A stretch of 57,191 bases of DNA from Candidatus Omnitrophota bacterium (GCA_023248155.1 JAHFFE010000002.1:197673-254863); one strand, 5' to 3'; positions 8,873-19,819 are shown, numbered from the stretch's first letter. Notes: a model not told the origin generated them from the letters alone. Numbers and translations are program-made.

Positions 8873-11800
8873 GTGCGTTTTAAAAAACTTGAACTGATCG
8901 GTTTTAAATCATTCGCGGATCCGACCGCGCTCATTTTTGAGCCGGGCGTGACTGCCGTAGTCGGTCCCAACGGCTGCGGAAAATCGAATGTGGCCGATGC
9001 CATCAAATGGGTGCTCGGCGAACAGTCGGCGCGCGAACTGCGCGGCGGCCGGATGGAAGATCTCATTTTCAGCGGCTCGGACCGGCGCGATCCGGTGCAT
9101 TACGCCGAAGTTTCCCTCACGCTCGACAACTCCCAGAAAAAACTTCCGGTCGATTACGAAGAAGTGACGATCTCCCGCCGGCTGTTCCGTTCCGGAGAGA
9201 GCGAATACCTTCTCAATAAAACAGTGGTCCGTCTGCGCGACATTCACGAAATGCTGATGGGCACCGGCGTCGGTACATCGGCCTATTCGCTGTTTGAGCA
9301 GGGGCGGATCGAGCAGATTATCAGCGCCAAGCCCGAAGACCGCCGCGCTGTGTTTGAAGAAGCGGCCGGCATTACCAAATTCAAATCGCAGAAACGCGAA
9401 GCGATGCGCCGCCTCGAGGAGACCGAAGAAAATCTTTCCCGCGTCACCGATATTGTCGTCGAAGTGCGCCGCCAACTGCAGTCGCTGGAGCGGCAGGTGC
9501 GCCGCGCCAAATCGTATCAGGACCAGTATGAACAGCTCAAGCAGATGGAAGTCCGTCTGGCGCGCGGCGAAACGGTCCGCCTCAATCTTTTGTGGAACGA
9601 GAAGCAATCGGTATTGGATTCGGCGCAGCGGCAGCTCGACTCAGCCGAATCGGAATCAGCCGAGCAGGAACAGCGCTTAAACCGCGCCCGGGCCGCGGCC
9701 GCGCAGGCCGAGCAATCGCTGGCGTCGGCGCGCGAGGCCTATTTGTCGGTGGTGCACCGGCAGGAAACCGTCGAGAGCGGTCTGCAGGTTCATCGCGAAC
9801 GGATTGCCGAAGCGCAGTCCCGTTCCGAAACACTGGTACAGGAAGTTTCGGAAGTGCAGCAGCGCCTGCTGGATTTGGACCGTCAGGAAAAAGAACTGGC
9901 GGAACTGCTGGCCCGCGAAGAATCGGTCCGGAATGAAAAGCAGGAGCGCATCAATCAATGGCAGGTTCGTTTAGAGCAGGAACTGCGTGTCGTCGAGGAA
10001 GCGCAGGGAGCGATTTCCCGCGCGCGGCAGTCACTGCTCGAAGCGACCCACGCTCAGGTGCAGGCAAAAAATGAATTGGCTCGTGTCCGTCAGGAATCGG
10101 TGCGGCTTGAAGCGCGTTCGTCGCGGCTGCAGATGGAGCTGTCCAAAGTATCGGCCGAAATTCAGCAGAGTCAGTCCCGGCTGGGCGGAATGGAAGCCGG
10201 TTTCTTCGAATTAAAAGCAGCGCTCGATCTTCTGGAAACGGACCGTCTGAAAAACCGCGAAAATCTTTCGGCGACCGAATCGCTGTTGATGATGGTTCAG
10301 CAGGAAGTGTTCGGCCTGGAACAGGAATGGACGCGATTCGGATCTCAGCTGGAAATGCTGCGCGGATTGCTGGCCAGCCATGAGGGTTACTCCAGCGGCG
10401 TCAAAGAATTTTTAACGGCCATCGATCAGGGGCGCCTTTCTCGCGACGGGATTTTCGGCGTTCTGGCCGAACTGATCCAGGTGGCGTCTTCGGAAACGGC
10501 CGCCGTCGACGCGGCGCTCGGACCCTGGTCCGAGGCGGTCGTGGTTGAGTCGTCCGAGGTGGCCGAGCGCTGCCGCGCTTATCTGGAGCAAACCAAAGCC
10601 GGCCGTGTTCTTTTTCTGATTCGCGATCGTCTTCCTCAAAATAATTTCTCCGGTTCAGCGGCTCATTCATTTGCGGACGCTGTTCTTTTGTCCGATAAAA
10701 TCACAACGGCTCCGGAACTGTCCGGATTGGTCCGTTTAATTCTGGCCGATACCTGGCTGATGGCCGACCGTTTTTCTGCGGAACGGGCGCTGGAATCGGC
10801 GCGCGAATTTCCGGCCGCTCGATTCGTCACCTCCGAAGGGGAATTGCTCACGCCCTGGAGCCGTCTGTTGGGGGCCTCTCCATCGACGGAAGGTTTGATA
10901 GTTGGCCGGACCAGCCGCGTGCAGGCGCTGGAAACCGCTTCGTTTCAGACGCAGGGAAAACTGGAAGATGCCCGCCGCCGGCTCGCCGTTCTTCAGCTGG
11001 AGAAAGAATCCCAGAACCAGACCGTTGCTTCGCTCGAGCGCGATTTCCAGTCCCGCTCCCAGGATTTAAACCGCGTCGATGCCAATACGGCCGCCGTGCG
11101 CGCCGACCTGGAAAAACTGACGCAGGAAAATCAGGTGCTGATCGCCGAGGAACAGCAGGTCTCGGCCGAACTGAAAACAATTTCCGAACAGGCCGATCAG
11201 TCTGAGCGCGAATCGTCCGGGTGCGAACAGCGCGTCGATTCGTTTCAGCAGGAAATTTTAAAGGCGCAGGAGTTGATTGCCGCCTCGAACCGGACCAAAG
11301 AGGAAATTTCCGTTCAACTGGCGACGGCCCGCGCCGAGATGGCGTCGTTCGATCAGGTATCGTCCAGCCGTTCTGCTTCGCTGCAAGTGTTGCAGGAATC
11401 GGTCCGTTCGGCGCAGGCCGGTATTGAATCCCGGCGGCAGGAAGGCAGCGCGCTCCGCCAAAAACAATCCGAATGGGAACAAATCTGCGAGCAGGCGGTC
11501 CGTCAGCTGGAGCAATTGAAATTGGAAAAAGAATCGGCGCAGGCCCAGGTCGGGCGCGCGCAGCAGGCCAAGGAACAGTCGGTGCAGGCCGCCGAATCGG
11601 AAGAGAAAGAGTTCGTGGCGTTGCGGCGCCGCCTGGAACAGCAGCAGACTGTTTTGCATACGCAGCAGATGGAACAGGCCCAAATTTCATTTCAGAAAGA
11701 GCAGCTATCGACCCGGTTGGTTCAGCTTTATCAGATTCGTCTTGAAGAGCTGCTGGCGGCTCCCGCCGAAACCGATGGTTCCGTCAATTTGGAACCGGCC

Positions 11801-12562
11801 GATTCCGCCGAGGATCCCGAAACACTGCGCGGCCGCATCGACGAACTTTCGTCTAAACTGCAGCGGCTGGGCCCGGTCAACCTCGGTTCCATCGAGGAAG
11901 AGCGCGAATTGCAGAACCGGTACGAATATTTGACCACGCAGCAAAATGACCTGGTCAAAGCCAAGGAAGACCTTCACGAAGCGCTCTCTAAAATCAACAA
12001 GACCACGCGCACGATGTTCCGTGAAACGTTCGTTGCGATTCAGGCGCAGTTTGCGATCACCTTCACGCAGCTGTTCGGCGGCGGAGAAGCCGAGCTGGTG
12101 CTGCTGGATGAAGGGGACATCCTCGAGAGCGGCGTTGAGATCATCGCGCGGCCGCCCGGCAAGCATCTGCAGTCGATTTCGCTGATGTCCGGCGGAGAAA
12201 AAGCGCTCACCACGATCGCGCTGCTGTTCGCGATCTTCCGCGTGAAGCCGAGCCCATTCTGTTTATTGGACGAAATTGACGCGCCGCTCGATGAGGCGAA
12301 TGTCGACCGGTTCACGCGCGCGCTGCGCGAATTCCTGAAAGATTCCCAGTTCATCATCATCACGCATAATAAAAAGACGATGTCGATGGCCGATGTAATG
12401 TATGGAATCACGATGCAGGAAGCCGGTATTTCGAGGATTGTTTCCGTGAAGTTTAAGAAAGACGGGCGCGTGGTTGATGCGCCTATTCCGCAGGCCCAGC
12501 CGGCCGATCCGTCGGCGGCTCCGTCACAACAGACGGCTGTTTCAGCTCCGACGAACGGTTAA
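8873..12562 (+). CDS. smc: chromosome partition protein SMC
   Basis: Walker A GPNGCGKSN, long coiled-coil arms and a hinge. The C-terminus carries the signature SGGEKALTTIALLFA and Walker B LLDEIDAPLD. Confidence 0.95.
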   Translation: MRFKKLELIGFKSFADPTALIFEPGVTAVVGPNGCGKSNVADAIKWVLGEQSARELRGGRMEDLIFSGSDRRDPVHYAEVSLTLDNSQKKLPVDYEEVTISRRLFRSGESEYLLNKTVVRLRDIHEMLMGTGVGTSAYSLFEQGRIEQIISAKPEDRRAVFEEAAGITKFKSQKREAMRRLEETEENLSRVTDIVVEVRRQLQSLERQVRRAKSYQDQYEQLKQMEVRLARGETVRLNLLWNEKQSVLDSAQRQLDSAESESAEQEQRLNRARAAAAQAEQSLASAREAYLSVVHRQETVESGLQVHRERIAEAQSRSETLVQEVSEVQQRLLDLDRQEKELAELLAREESVRNEKQERINQWQVRLEQELRVVEEAQGAISRARQSLLEATHAQVQAKNELARVRQESVRLEARSSRLQMELSKVSAEIQQSQSRLGGMEAGFFELKAALDLLETDRLKNRENLSATESLLMMVQQEVFGLEQEWTRFGSQLEMLRGLLASHEGYSSGVKEFLTAIDQGRLSRDGIFGVLAELIQVASSETAAVDAALGPWSEAVVVESSEVAERCRAYLEQTKAGRVLFLIRDRLPQNNFSGSAAHSFADAVLLSDKITTAPELSGLVRLILADTWLMADRFSAERALESAREFPAARFVTSEGELLTPWSRLLGASPSTEGLIVGRTSRVQALETASFQTQGKLEDARRRLAVLQLEKESQNQTVASLERDFQSRSQDLNRVDANTAAVRADLEKLTQENQVLIAEEQQVSAELKTISEQADQSERESSGCEQRVDSFQQEILKAQELIAASNRTKEEISVQLATARAEMASFDQVSSSRSASLQVLQESVRSAQAGIESRRQEGSALRQKQSEWEQICEQAVRQLEQLKLEKESAQAQVGRAQQAKEQSVQAAESEEKEFVALRRRLEQQQTVLHTQQMEQAQISFQKEQLSTRLVQLYQIRLEELLAAPAETDGSVNLEPADSAEDPETLRGRIDELSSKLQRLGPVNLGSIEEERELQNRYEYLTTQQNDLVKAKEDLHEALSKINKTTRTMFRETFVAIQAQFAITFTQLFGGGEAELVLLDEGDILESGVEIIARPPGKHLQSISLMSGGEKALTTIALLFAIFRVKPSPFCLLDEIDAPLDEANVDRFTRALREFLKDSQFIIITHNKKTMSMADVMYGITMQEAGISRIVSVKFKKDGRVVDAPIPQAQPADPSAAPSQQTAVSAPTNG

Positions 12563-14050
12563 CGCTGCCGCCAAAACAATTCCCGCCGCGACAATTCCAG
12601 ACGCCAGCCACCACGGCATTACGGCACGCGCAGGTTCTCTCGCTCCGCGCGCGTTTGCGTTGTAATAAATATAAGCCATTTCCGTTTCAGCCAGCGGCCG
12701 CAGGTGGAATGTGACGGCGGCTTGTTCCATGACCGGGTCGGCTTTGCCTTCGCGCGTTTTCAGCCAAATCACCAGTCGTGCCGGCCGGATAAGGGCATTC
12801 AACGGACGGTCGGCCATTTCGCGCAGCATCTGATTGGTGCAGGCGCGGCCGGTTAAACTGGAGAGCATCCCGCCCATGTAATTCAGATTGCAATAAATCA
12901 GTTCGTTGGGCCGCGTGTGCGCTTCAATCGTGCGGGTCAGTTCTTCGATGTAACGCGGGTGATAGAGCGATGTGGCGATCGCCGCGTGCGAATCCGTCCG
13001 GATCCCGGATAAAACAAGCGGCGTACTTTCGGCCCAGGAAATAGCCGGCCGACCATTTTTAAAAGTTACTGACGGACTGAAGATCACCAGTGCCGCCAGC
13101 AGTCCCAAAAAGATCAGGCGCGTTGTTTTTGCGCGCAATCTTTCCAGCGCGAACCCGGCCAGCATCAGCGCCGGAAAAATTCCCTGGCCGGTCCAGAACC
13201 GGTAGGGGTAAAAAAACACCATCGGAATAAAGGCGATCCAGAGCGCCGGCCATAACCGGGAAATGCCGCGCTCTTTCCAGGCCACGATTGCTCCAGCCAG
13301 ACCCAGTGCCAGCCAAACCAGCGGCAGTTCCAGCATGCGGTCCTGACCGCGCGGCTGCAGCGCGATCAATTGCCGATGTAGACCAATCTGCAGCAGCCAT
13401 GGAGCGGCCAGTAATAGGCCGAGCGCGATCGCGCCTACGGTTGTTTTCCGGTAAGCCGGTTCCACGACGGTGAATAGAACCAATCCCAATAAAAACAGCC
13501 AGGGTAGTCCCGCGTGCGACCAGAATGCCAGCCCGAGAAAAATTCCGGCCGGCACTGCTTTTTGCCGGTGCAGCGCCAGCGCCGTTCCGAGAAAAAACAC
13601 CAGTGCCAGCGTTGCCGGCGGATTATTGACGCAGGAGAGAAAAAAAGAATATGGAATTGAAACGGCCACCGCCGCCAGGACGGCCGGTTTCCATCCGCGG
13701 ATGCGCGATACCACCAGCAACAGACCGGCCAGCAGCGCCGGGAATAGGGCCCAACTCCAGAGTTTGGCCAGTGTAATCGGGTGGATGCCGGCGATCAGCC
13801 CCGGTAAAAAAAGAAGATGGAATAATGGCGGGTAAAGATGCGGGCGCCCCTGCGGAGCGCTTTCCCAGAACGCGTGCAGTGTCGGGCCTCCGGCCTGGCG
13901 GAACCCTTCAATCACCGAAAGATGGTAATAGCTGTCGAGAAAATAAGGCAGGTTGGGCCACTGCGCGGCCATCAAAATAACGGAAAATAAGAAGAGAATC
14001 AAACCGGCCAATTTCCAGGGCGATTCAATTTTCCATGAGGAATTTGTCAT
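12542..14050 (-). CDS. polytopic membrane protein, possibly a GT-C (ArnT/PMT-like) glycosyltransferase
   Basis: About 10 or more hydrophobic segments followed by a soluble C-terminal domain. I trimmed the start to ATG 14050 (MTNSSWKIE) because the track's upstream extension runs into repeat A. The 3' end overlaps smc convergently by 21 nt. Confidence 0.55.
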   Translation of the reverse strand: MTNSSWKIESPWKLAGLILFLFSVILMAAQWPNLPYFLDSYYHLSVIEGFRQAGGPTLHAFWESAPQGRPHLYPPLFHLLFLPGLIAGIHPITLAKLWSWALFPALLAGLLLVVSRIRGWKPAVLAAVAVSIPYSFFLSCVNNPPATLALVFFLGTALALHRQKAVPAGIFLGLAFWSHAGLPWLFLLGLVLFTVVEPAYRKTTVGAIALGLLLAAPWLLQIGLHRQLIALQPRGQDRMLELPLVWLALGLAGAIVAWKERGISRLWPALWIAFIPMVFFYPYRFWTGQGIFPALMLAGFALERLRAKTTRLIFLGLLAALVIFSPSVTFKNGRPAISWAESTPLVLSGIRTDSHAAIATSLYHPRYIEELTRTIEAHTRPNELIYCNLNYMGGMLSSLTGRACTNQMLREMADRPLNALIRPARLVIWLKTREGKADPVMEQAAVTFHLRPLAETEMAYIYYNANARGAREPARAVMPWWLASGIVAAGIVLAAALTVRRS

Positions 14051-14100
14051 GGTTTTATTATACTCCGGTGATTGACAAATCCGACGGGAAACGCTATTGT

Positions 14101-14382
14101 TAGAACCGGTCTCGTAAATCCCCGTGGCCGCGCTTAAGCAGAATGACAAGCCAGACAAGGCGCGAGGAGGCCGGCGGTGCCGAAGGAGCGCACCGTCAAC
14201 GACGAGCAACGAAGTATGGCGATGTCAGGCTGTTAAGCCCGAAGGGTTTCGGCGGCAGGCCATCGTCTCCTGCGGCGCTCTTCCTCGGCGGATTACTGTG
14301 AATACGCCGTCGTCATCGCTTCTTGGATCCGACGGCCTGGCGCTCGAAACGCGGCTCACGCGGATTTACGAGACCGGTTCTG
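14101..14382 (+). repeat. structured repeat family A, copy 1 (282 nt, closed by a perfect 19-bp terminal stem)
   Basis: About 94% identical without indels to 23146-23427 (hand alignment). Termini AGAACCGGTCTCGTAAATC / GATTTACGAGACCGGTTCT are exact inverted repeats. It ends 32 nt before the start codon at 14414. Confidence 0.9.
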
Positions 14383-14413
14383 TACCCGCAAGGACAACTC
14401 ACAAGGAGATTCA

Positions 14414-15817
14414 ATGTCTTTTTCCATGACGGCCGCGTCCAAAACATCGCTGTTCCGGCTCTACAATCCCGGAACCTGGGGCAACAGTTTTGCGCTGGAC
14501 GGTTTTCCGGCGCTGAAAGAGGGTAAGGCATGGCCGGTGCGGCTGGCCGAATTTATCGAGCTCAAAGGCGCCGCCTGCATGACCACCAACCAGACGCTGT
14601 TCCGGCAGCTGCTTGAGACCGGCACGCTCGATGACCGTCTGCGCGTATTTGTGCGCGAAGGCAAAACGGCGGCGCAGGTTTATCAGGCGCTTTACAATGA
14701 AGCGACCATGGAAGCAGCCCAAATTTTCTCGAGCATACACGAGCAGTGGCCGTGTGAAGGCCGCGTTTCACAGGAAGCCTCGGCGTTGTTGACTGAACTG
14801 GAACCCCTGCTCAACGAAGTCAGCCGTATTTCCGGGGCGATGGCCGGCGTAGGGGCTTTTACGAAAATTCCGAACCTGGCGGTGGGTCCACAGGCGGTCC
14901 GTCGTGCCGTCGCGACGGGGCGGATCAGCCCGAATGTGACGCTCGTTTTTTCTGACAAGCATTATCTGGACACGACCGAAGGCTATTTGCTCGGTCTCAA
15001 TGATCTGATTGAGCGGCTGCGCGGCGAGGGGATTTCCGCCGACGAGATCCGCAAAACAGCCAGCGCGATTCATTCGGTCAACTCGCTGTTTGTCAGCCGC
15101 GTCGATCGCGTGGTCGATCCCTGGATCGACGAAGCCGTTGCGCGCGAAACCGATCCGGCGAAGCAAAAAGCATTGAAGCTGCTCAAGGGCAAAGTGGCCG
15201 TGGCGCAGGCCAAAAAAGTCTACGCGTTGTTTGAAACGATTTTCCTCGGCAAACCGTTCTCCGACCCGGAAGGATTGTTCGCCGCCGAAATGCCGCGCAT
15301 CACGCGCATGAAAGAACTGTTCGCCCGTTTGAAAACGTTCGGCGCCAATCCACAGCGGCTGTTGATCGCTTCCAGCGGCGTGAAATCAGATCAGCCGTAT
15401 TCGCCGCTGCTCTATGTGCTTCCGTTTTTGGGGCCCTGGTCGGCCAACACAATGCCCGAGGCGACTTTCGAGGCGACGGTTTGTTTTGTCGCGTCATTGT
15501 CCGACGCGCAAGCGGCTGATTTGCGCGACCGCAATTTAATGGCCGAGCCGTTGCCGGAAATTCCGACCGACATTCAGCCGGCCGGAGAATGGGACCGGAT
15601 ATTACAGTTAACGCCGGCCCAGCGCGCGCAGCAGGGAATCGGCGCGCTGACAGCCGATCGGATTTTAAAACAGGCCCGGGACTGGGTGCTGACCCCGAAG
15701 AACAGTTCACTTCGCCAGATCGGCGATCAGCTGCGCGACAAAGGCGCCGAATCATTCTTTGCCGACGAGAAAGCGACTCTGCAGGCGATTGAAACCAAAT
15801 TGCAGCAGTTTCGGTAA
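14414..15817 (+). CDS. transaldolase-family protein (divergent, long form)
   Basis: [12 protein letters not shown] resembles the transaldolase SFFVSRID motif. FTKIP could carry the Schiff-base Lys. TTNQTLF stands where TSNPxIF is usual. AAGGAG lies 7 nt upstream of the ATG. Confidence 0.65.
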   Translation: MSFSMTAASKTSLFRLYNPGTWGNSFALDGFPALKEGKAWPVRLAEFIELKGAACMTTNQTLFRQLLETGTLDDRLRVFVREGKTAAQVYQALYNEATMEAAQIFSSIHEQWPCEGRVSQEASALLTELEPLLNEVSRISGAMAGVGAFTKIPNLAVGPQAVRRAVATGRISPNVTLVFSDKHYLDTTEGYLLGLNDLIERLRGEGISADEIRKTASAIHSVNSLFVSRVDRVVDPWIDEAVARETDPAKQKALKLLKGKVAVAQAKKVYALFETIFLGKPFSDPEGLFAAEMPRITRMKELFARLKTFGANPQRLLIASSGVKSDQPYSPLLYVLPFLGPWSANTMPEATFEATVCFVASLSDAQAADLRDRNLMAEPLPEIPTDIQPAGEWDRILQLTPAQRAQQGIGALTADRILKQARDWVLTPKNSSLRQIGDQLRDKGAESFFADEKATLQAIETKLQQFR

Positions 15818-15826
15818 ATCCCCCCC

Positions 15827-17038
15827 ATGCTCAATTCAATACCTGAAATTCTAGACGAACTTAAATCCGGACGGATGGTCATCGTCGTTGATGACGAAGA
15901 CCGCGAGAATGAGGGCGATCTCGTTCTGGCCGCCCAGTTCGCCACGCCCGAGGCAATTAATTTTATGTCGAGCCAGGGCCGCGGCCTGGTCTGCGTTCCA
16001 ATGGAGCCGGAACGGCTTCAGGTCATGGATTTGAAACCGATGGTGATGGATAACCAAACTCCGTTGGCGACCGCATGGACCGTTTCGGTCGATGCGAAAA
16101 AAGGGGTGACCACCGGTATCTCAGCGCACGATCGCGCGAAAACAATCAGCACGCTGATTGATCCGGATGCCCGTCCGTCCGACCTGGTTCGTCCCGGCCA
16201 CACATTTCCGCTGCGCGCGCGCCACGGCGGTGTGTTGGTCCGCGCGGGGCATACCGAGGCCGCCGTCGATCTGATGCGAATGGCCGGTCTCTATCCGGCC
16301 GGCGTCATCTGTGAAATCATGAGCCCCGACGGGTCCATGGCCCGCATGCCGCAGCTGCTCGAGTTTTCAAAAAAACATCAATTGAAAATTTGCACGATCG
16401 CCGATTTGATCCGCTACCGCATGACGAAGGAGCGGTTTGTCCGGCGCGTGGCCAACACCAAACTGCCGACGCCGTACGGCGAATTTGATCTGATCGTTTA
16501 CGAATCGGACATCGACGGGCAGGCGCATATGGCGCTGGTGCTGGGGGATATCCGCCAGCCGCCGGTGCTGGTCCGCGTTCATTCGCAGTGCGTGACCGGC
16601 GACCTGTTCGGATCGTGGCGCTGTGATTGCGGTCCTCAACTGCAGGCCGCGCTCAAGCGGATCCAGCAGGAAGGCCGCGGCGTGATTCTTTATCTGCGTC
16701 AGGAAGGGCGCGGCATCGGCCTGGTCAACAAGGTGAAGGCCTACGCGCTGCAGGACCAGGGTCTCGATACGGTCCAGGCGAATGAAGCGCTTGGTTTTAA
16801 AGCCGACCTGCGCGATTACGGAATCGGCGCGCAGATTTTAGTCGATTTGGGATTGACGGAAATCCGGTTGATGACCAATAATCCGCGCAAGGTGGTGGGG
16901 CTGGAAGGGTTCGGACTGAAGCTGGCCGAGCGTGTTCCTCTGGAAATTCCGCCGACGCCGGCCAATGCGAAATATTTAAAGACCAAGCGCGAAAAACTGG
17001 GCCACATGTTACTGGAAACGCTGGACACCGATGAGTAG
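15827..17038 (+). CDS. ribBA: bifunctional 3,4-dihydroxy-2-butanone-4-phosphate synthase / GTP cyclohydrolase II
   Basis: The N-half has [14 protein letters not shown] and the C-half has [18 protein letters not shown]. Confidence 0.95.
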   Translation: MLNSIPEILDELKSGRMVIVVDDEDRENEGDLVLAAQFATPEAINFMSSQGRGLVCVPMEPERLQVMDLKPMVMDNQTPLATAWTVSVDAKKGVTTGISAHDRAKTISTLIDPDARPSDLVRPGHTFPLRARHGGVLVRAGHTEAAVDLMRMAGLYPAGVICEIMSPDGSMARMPQLLEFSKKHQLKICTIADLIRYRMTKERFVRRVANTKLPTPYGEFDLIVYESDIDGQAHMALVLGDIRQPPVLVRVHSQCVTGDLFGSWRCDCGPQLQAALKRIQQEGRGVILYLRQEGRGIGLVNKVKAYALQDQGLDTVQANEALGFKADLRDYGIGAQILVDLGLTEIRLMTNNPRKVVGLEGFGLKLAERVPLEIPPTPANAKYLKTKREKLGHMLLETLDTDE

Positions 17039-17447
17039 TAAATTTGCAGTGGTGTCCAGCCGTTTCAACAAAGAAATCACGCAGCGCCTTGCCGATGGCG
17101 CGGTCCGGTATCTGACCGGGCGCGGTGTGCGCGCGTCGGCGATCGACCGCCGCGAAGTTTCCGGCGCGTTTGAGCTTCCGGCCGCGGCAATGCGCCTGGC
17201 CCGCTCGCGAAAATACCGGGCGATTATCGCCGTGGGTGCTATTCTGGAAGGGGACACAAAACATTATGCGTATTTATCGCAGACAACAATGACAGGACTG
17301 ATGATGGTTTCCGTATTGACCGGCGTTCCGGTGACCTGCGGCGTGATTACCGCCAAAACCTGGAAACAGGCGCGGGCCCGTTCACTCGTCAAAGGCGTTA
17401 ACCGTGGCTGGGATGCGGCGCAGGCCGCCTGGGAGTTGGCGCAATGA
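17031..17447 (+). CDS. ribH: 6,7-dimethyl-8-ribityllumazine synthase
   Basis: Lumazine-synthase pattern SRFNKEIT...VSGAFELP...[19 protein letters not shown]. It overlaps ribBA by 8 nt. Confidence 0.9.
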   Translation: MSSKFAVVSSRFNKEITQRLADGAVRYLTGRGVRASAIDRREVSGAFELPAAAMRLARSRKYRAIIAVGAILEGDTKHYAYLSQTTMTGLMMVSVLTGVPVTCGVITAKTWKQARARSLVKGVNRGWDAAQAAWELAQ

Positions 17448-17875
17448 AAGGCAAGCGGTCGCAGGCGCGCGAATCGGCGCTGAAAGCGTTGTATCAATTG
17501 GACATCACGCACGACGCTCCCGAAGAAGCGCTCCGCATTTTTTTCCGGCACCACCGCGTGCCGCCCTCGTCGCAGCCGTTTGTTTCGGGACTGGTCTGCG
17601 GTACCGTCGAGCGGATGAAAGAAATCGATACGCTGCTCTCGAAATATGCCACCAACTGGACGCTGGAACGGATGGCCATCGTCGACCGCAACATTCTGCG
17701 GCTGGGCGTTTATGAACTGTTGTACGGGCAGAAAACGCCGCCGAAGGTGGTCATCAACGAGGCCGTGGAACTGGCCAAGGGATACGGCACTTCCGATTCC
17801 GGAAAATTCGTCAACGGCGTCCTGGACGCGATTCATAAAGGACAGGCGGCCGTTTCCGAGACCTCCGAAGCTTGA
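17444..17875 (+). CDS. nusB: transcription antitermination factor NusB
   Basis: [13 protein letters not shown]...[11 protein letters not shown]...[11 protein letters not shown], 143 aa, in the classic ribH-nusB linkage. Confidence 0.9.
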   Translation: MKGKRSQARESALKALYQLDITHDAPEEALRIFFRHHRVPPSSQPFVSGLVCGTVERMKEIDTLLSKYATNWTLERMAIVDRNILRLGVYELLYGQKTPPKVVINEAVELAKGYGTSDSGKFVNGVLDAIHKGQAAVSETSEA

Positions 17876-18714
17876 ACGATTCCCGCTGCGTTGATCTGCA
17901 CCTGCACACCTGCCGTTCCGACGGAACTTTTACTCCGCAAGAATTAATTGAGCGGGCGCGCGCTCTCAATCTGGCGGCCATCAGTATTACCGACCATGAT
18001 ACCGTCGCTTCCGTTGCGGAGCTCGAGCAATGGCGTGTCTGGGCCGGCAGCGAGATGGAAATTATTTCCGGAATCGAACTGACGGTTTCATTCCGCAACC
18101 GCGAACTGCATTTACTCGGGTACGGTTTTTCGGTGGATGATGCGCCGCTGCTCGCGTTTCTGGAATCGGCGCATGCGCGCCGTCTTGAACGGCTGCGCGC
18201 GATGCTCGAACAGCTCCGCCAAAAAGGAGTTGTTCTTTCGTGGGATGAATTAATGGAGGTGGCTTCGGAGAGCCGTTCTCCGGGCCGTCCGCATCTGGCC
18301 GAGCTGCTGGTTCGCCGCCGCGTGGTCGGTTCGTTGAAAGAAGTTTATGACCGTTTCCTCGGAGATTCCGCTTCCTGTTTTGTCCGGATGGTCGATACGA
18401 CCGTCGAAGAAGCCTGCCGTCTGATCCGCCAGGCCGGCGGCGTTATTGTGCTGGCGCACCCGTTCCATTTGGTCCGCGATGAATGGTGTCCGGAATTGGC
18501 CGCGCAGGGTGTTCAGGGTGTGGAGGCGTACCATTCTGATCAGAGTTCTTCGGTGACGCTGTTCTACCAAAAAGTGGCCAGAGAATTAAATTGGATCGAT
18601 ACCGGCGGTTCCGACTGCCACGGATTTCGCAAGTCGAAAGGTCCGCTGATTGGAACGGTGCCGGTTCCGTACCGTTGTCTCGAAGCGATTCGTCAAGTGC
18701 AACATGCCGCATAA
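17872..18714 (+). CDS. PHP-domain phosphoesterase (TrpH/YciV-like)
   Basis: [12 protein letters not shown] and [12 protein letters not shown] metal-binding motifs, with C-terminal GGSDCHG. Confidence 0.8.
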   Translation: MNDSRCVDLHLHTCRSDGTFTPQELIERARALNLAAISITDHDTVASVAELEQWRVWAGSEMEIISGIELTVSFRNRELHLLGYGFSVDDAPLLAFLESAHARRLERLRAMLEQLRQKGVVLSWDELMEVASESRSPGRPHLAELLVRRRVVGSLKEVYDRFLGDSASCFVRMVDTTVEEACRLIRQAGGVIVLAHPFHLVRDEWCPELAAQGVQGVEAYHSDQSSSVTLFYQKVARELNWIDTGGSDCHGFRKSKGPLIGTVPVPYRCLEAIRQVQHAA

Positions 18715-19819
18715 CCCTGAATTGGTTTATATGAAAGAAGCGTTGCGGCTGGCCGCGAAAGCGCGCGGCAAGACTGCGCCCAATCCGATGGTCGGTGCCG
18801 TCGTTGTGAATGACGGAAAGATCGTCGGCCGTGGTTTTCACCCCAAAGCAGGGCAGCCGCATGCCGAAATTTTCGCGCTGCGCCAGGCCGGCAAAAAAGC
18901 GCGCGGCAGCACGCTGTATGTTTCGTTGGAGCCGTGCGCGCATACGGGGCGGACGCCGCCCTGTACCGATGCAATCCGCCGCGCCGGGGTTCGCCGCGTT
19001 ATTGCCGCGATGATCGATCCGAATCCCATTACGCGCGGCCGCGGTCTTGCGCAATTAAAACAGCAGGGAATTTTAACCCGGGTGGGTCTTCTAAAAAACA
19101 AAGCACAGCGCCTCAATGCCGATTTTATCCGCAGAATGAACCGGACTCGCCCCGAGGTGACGCTGAAGATCGCGCAATCACTGGATGGAAAAATCGCGAC
19201 GCGCACCGGACAGTCGCGCTGGATTACCGCTGCTCCGGCGCGGAACTGGACGCATCGGCTGCGTGCGCAGATGGATGCGATTTTAATCGGCATCGAAACC
19301 GTTTTAAAAGATGATCCGCGCCTGACCGTTCGCGGCGCGAAGTTCGGCGCGAAACCGGCGCGGATTGTTCTCGATTCCCGGCTGCGGATGCCGCTCTCCG
19401 CCCGGATGTTGAAGGATCGCGGCGGCCGCGTCTGGATTGCCGCTCTGCCGGGCGCTTCTCTGCAAAAAGAGAAACAGCTGCGCGCCGCCGGCGCCGAGAT
19501 ACTCCGCGTTCCGGCGCGACAGGGTCGGATTGACCTCACAAAATTAATGGAATTGCTGAATGCCCGCGGCATCCATCAGCTGTTGATTGAAGGCGGCGGC
19601 GAAACTGCTGCTTCGGCGCTCGATCAGAAACTGGTCGATCATCTGGTCTGGATCATTGCGCCTAAAATCATCGGCGGCCGCGCCGCGGTTCCGTCCGTCG
19701 GCGGACTCGGCGCCGCCACGCTCGAGAAAGCGGTTGTTTTACGCCGCTGGAAGATCCGTCCGCTGGGCCCGGATATTTTGGTGACAGCCGATTTCAGCGG
19801 TACAATAAGTAAGAGATGA
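18704..19819 (+). CDS. ribD: bifunctional riboflavin-biosynthesis deaminase / reductase RibD
   Basis: Deaminase zinc motifs HAEIFAL and PCAHTGRTPPC, plus a reductase C-half. I chose ATG 18704 as the start; the track's 18650 lies inside the PHP gene. Confidence 0.9.
   Translation: MPHNPELVYMKEALRLAAKARGKTAPNPMVGAVVVNDGKIVGRGFHPKAGQPHAEIFALRQAGKKARGSTLYVSLEPCAHTGRTPPCTDAIRRAGVRRVIAAMIDPNPITRGRGLAQLKQQGILTRVGLLKNKAQRLNADFIRRMNRTRPEVTLKIAQSLDGKIATRTGQSRWITAAPARNWTHRLRAQMDAILIGIETVLKDDPRLTVRGAKFGAKPARIVLDSRLRMPLSARMLKDRGGRVWIAALPGASLQKEKQLRAAGAEILRVPARQGRIDLTKLMELLNARGIHQLLIEGGGETAASALDQKLVDHLVWIIAPKIIGGRAAVPSVGGLGAATLEKAVVLRRWKIRPLGPDILVTADFSGTISKR

Noticed and set aside
14051-14209. N-terminal extension of the membrane-protein ORF (MLVVDGALLRHRRPPRALSG.SFCLSAATGIYETGS), also seen in ORF 23027-23254
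   Set aside because: The shared 36 aa is simply repeat family A read on the minus strand. The second ORF also runs antisense through tRNA-Pro. The membrane protein has a good internal ATG at 14050.
14101-14382. Repeat A as a known RNA (FMN riboswitch because of the rib operon, or RNase P RNA because of GGTGCCGAAGGAGCGCACC)
   Set aside because: It lacks the conserved RFN core (GGGTGAAATTCCC / AGTCTGGATGGGAGA-like blocks) and the RNase P P4 elements (GGAAAGTCCGG, ACAGAA). It is present twice, the second time in front of sodC.
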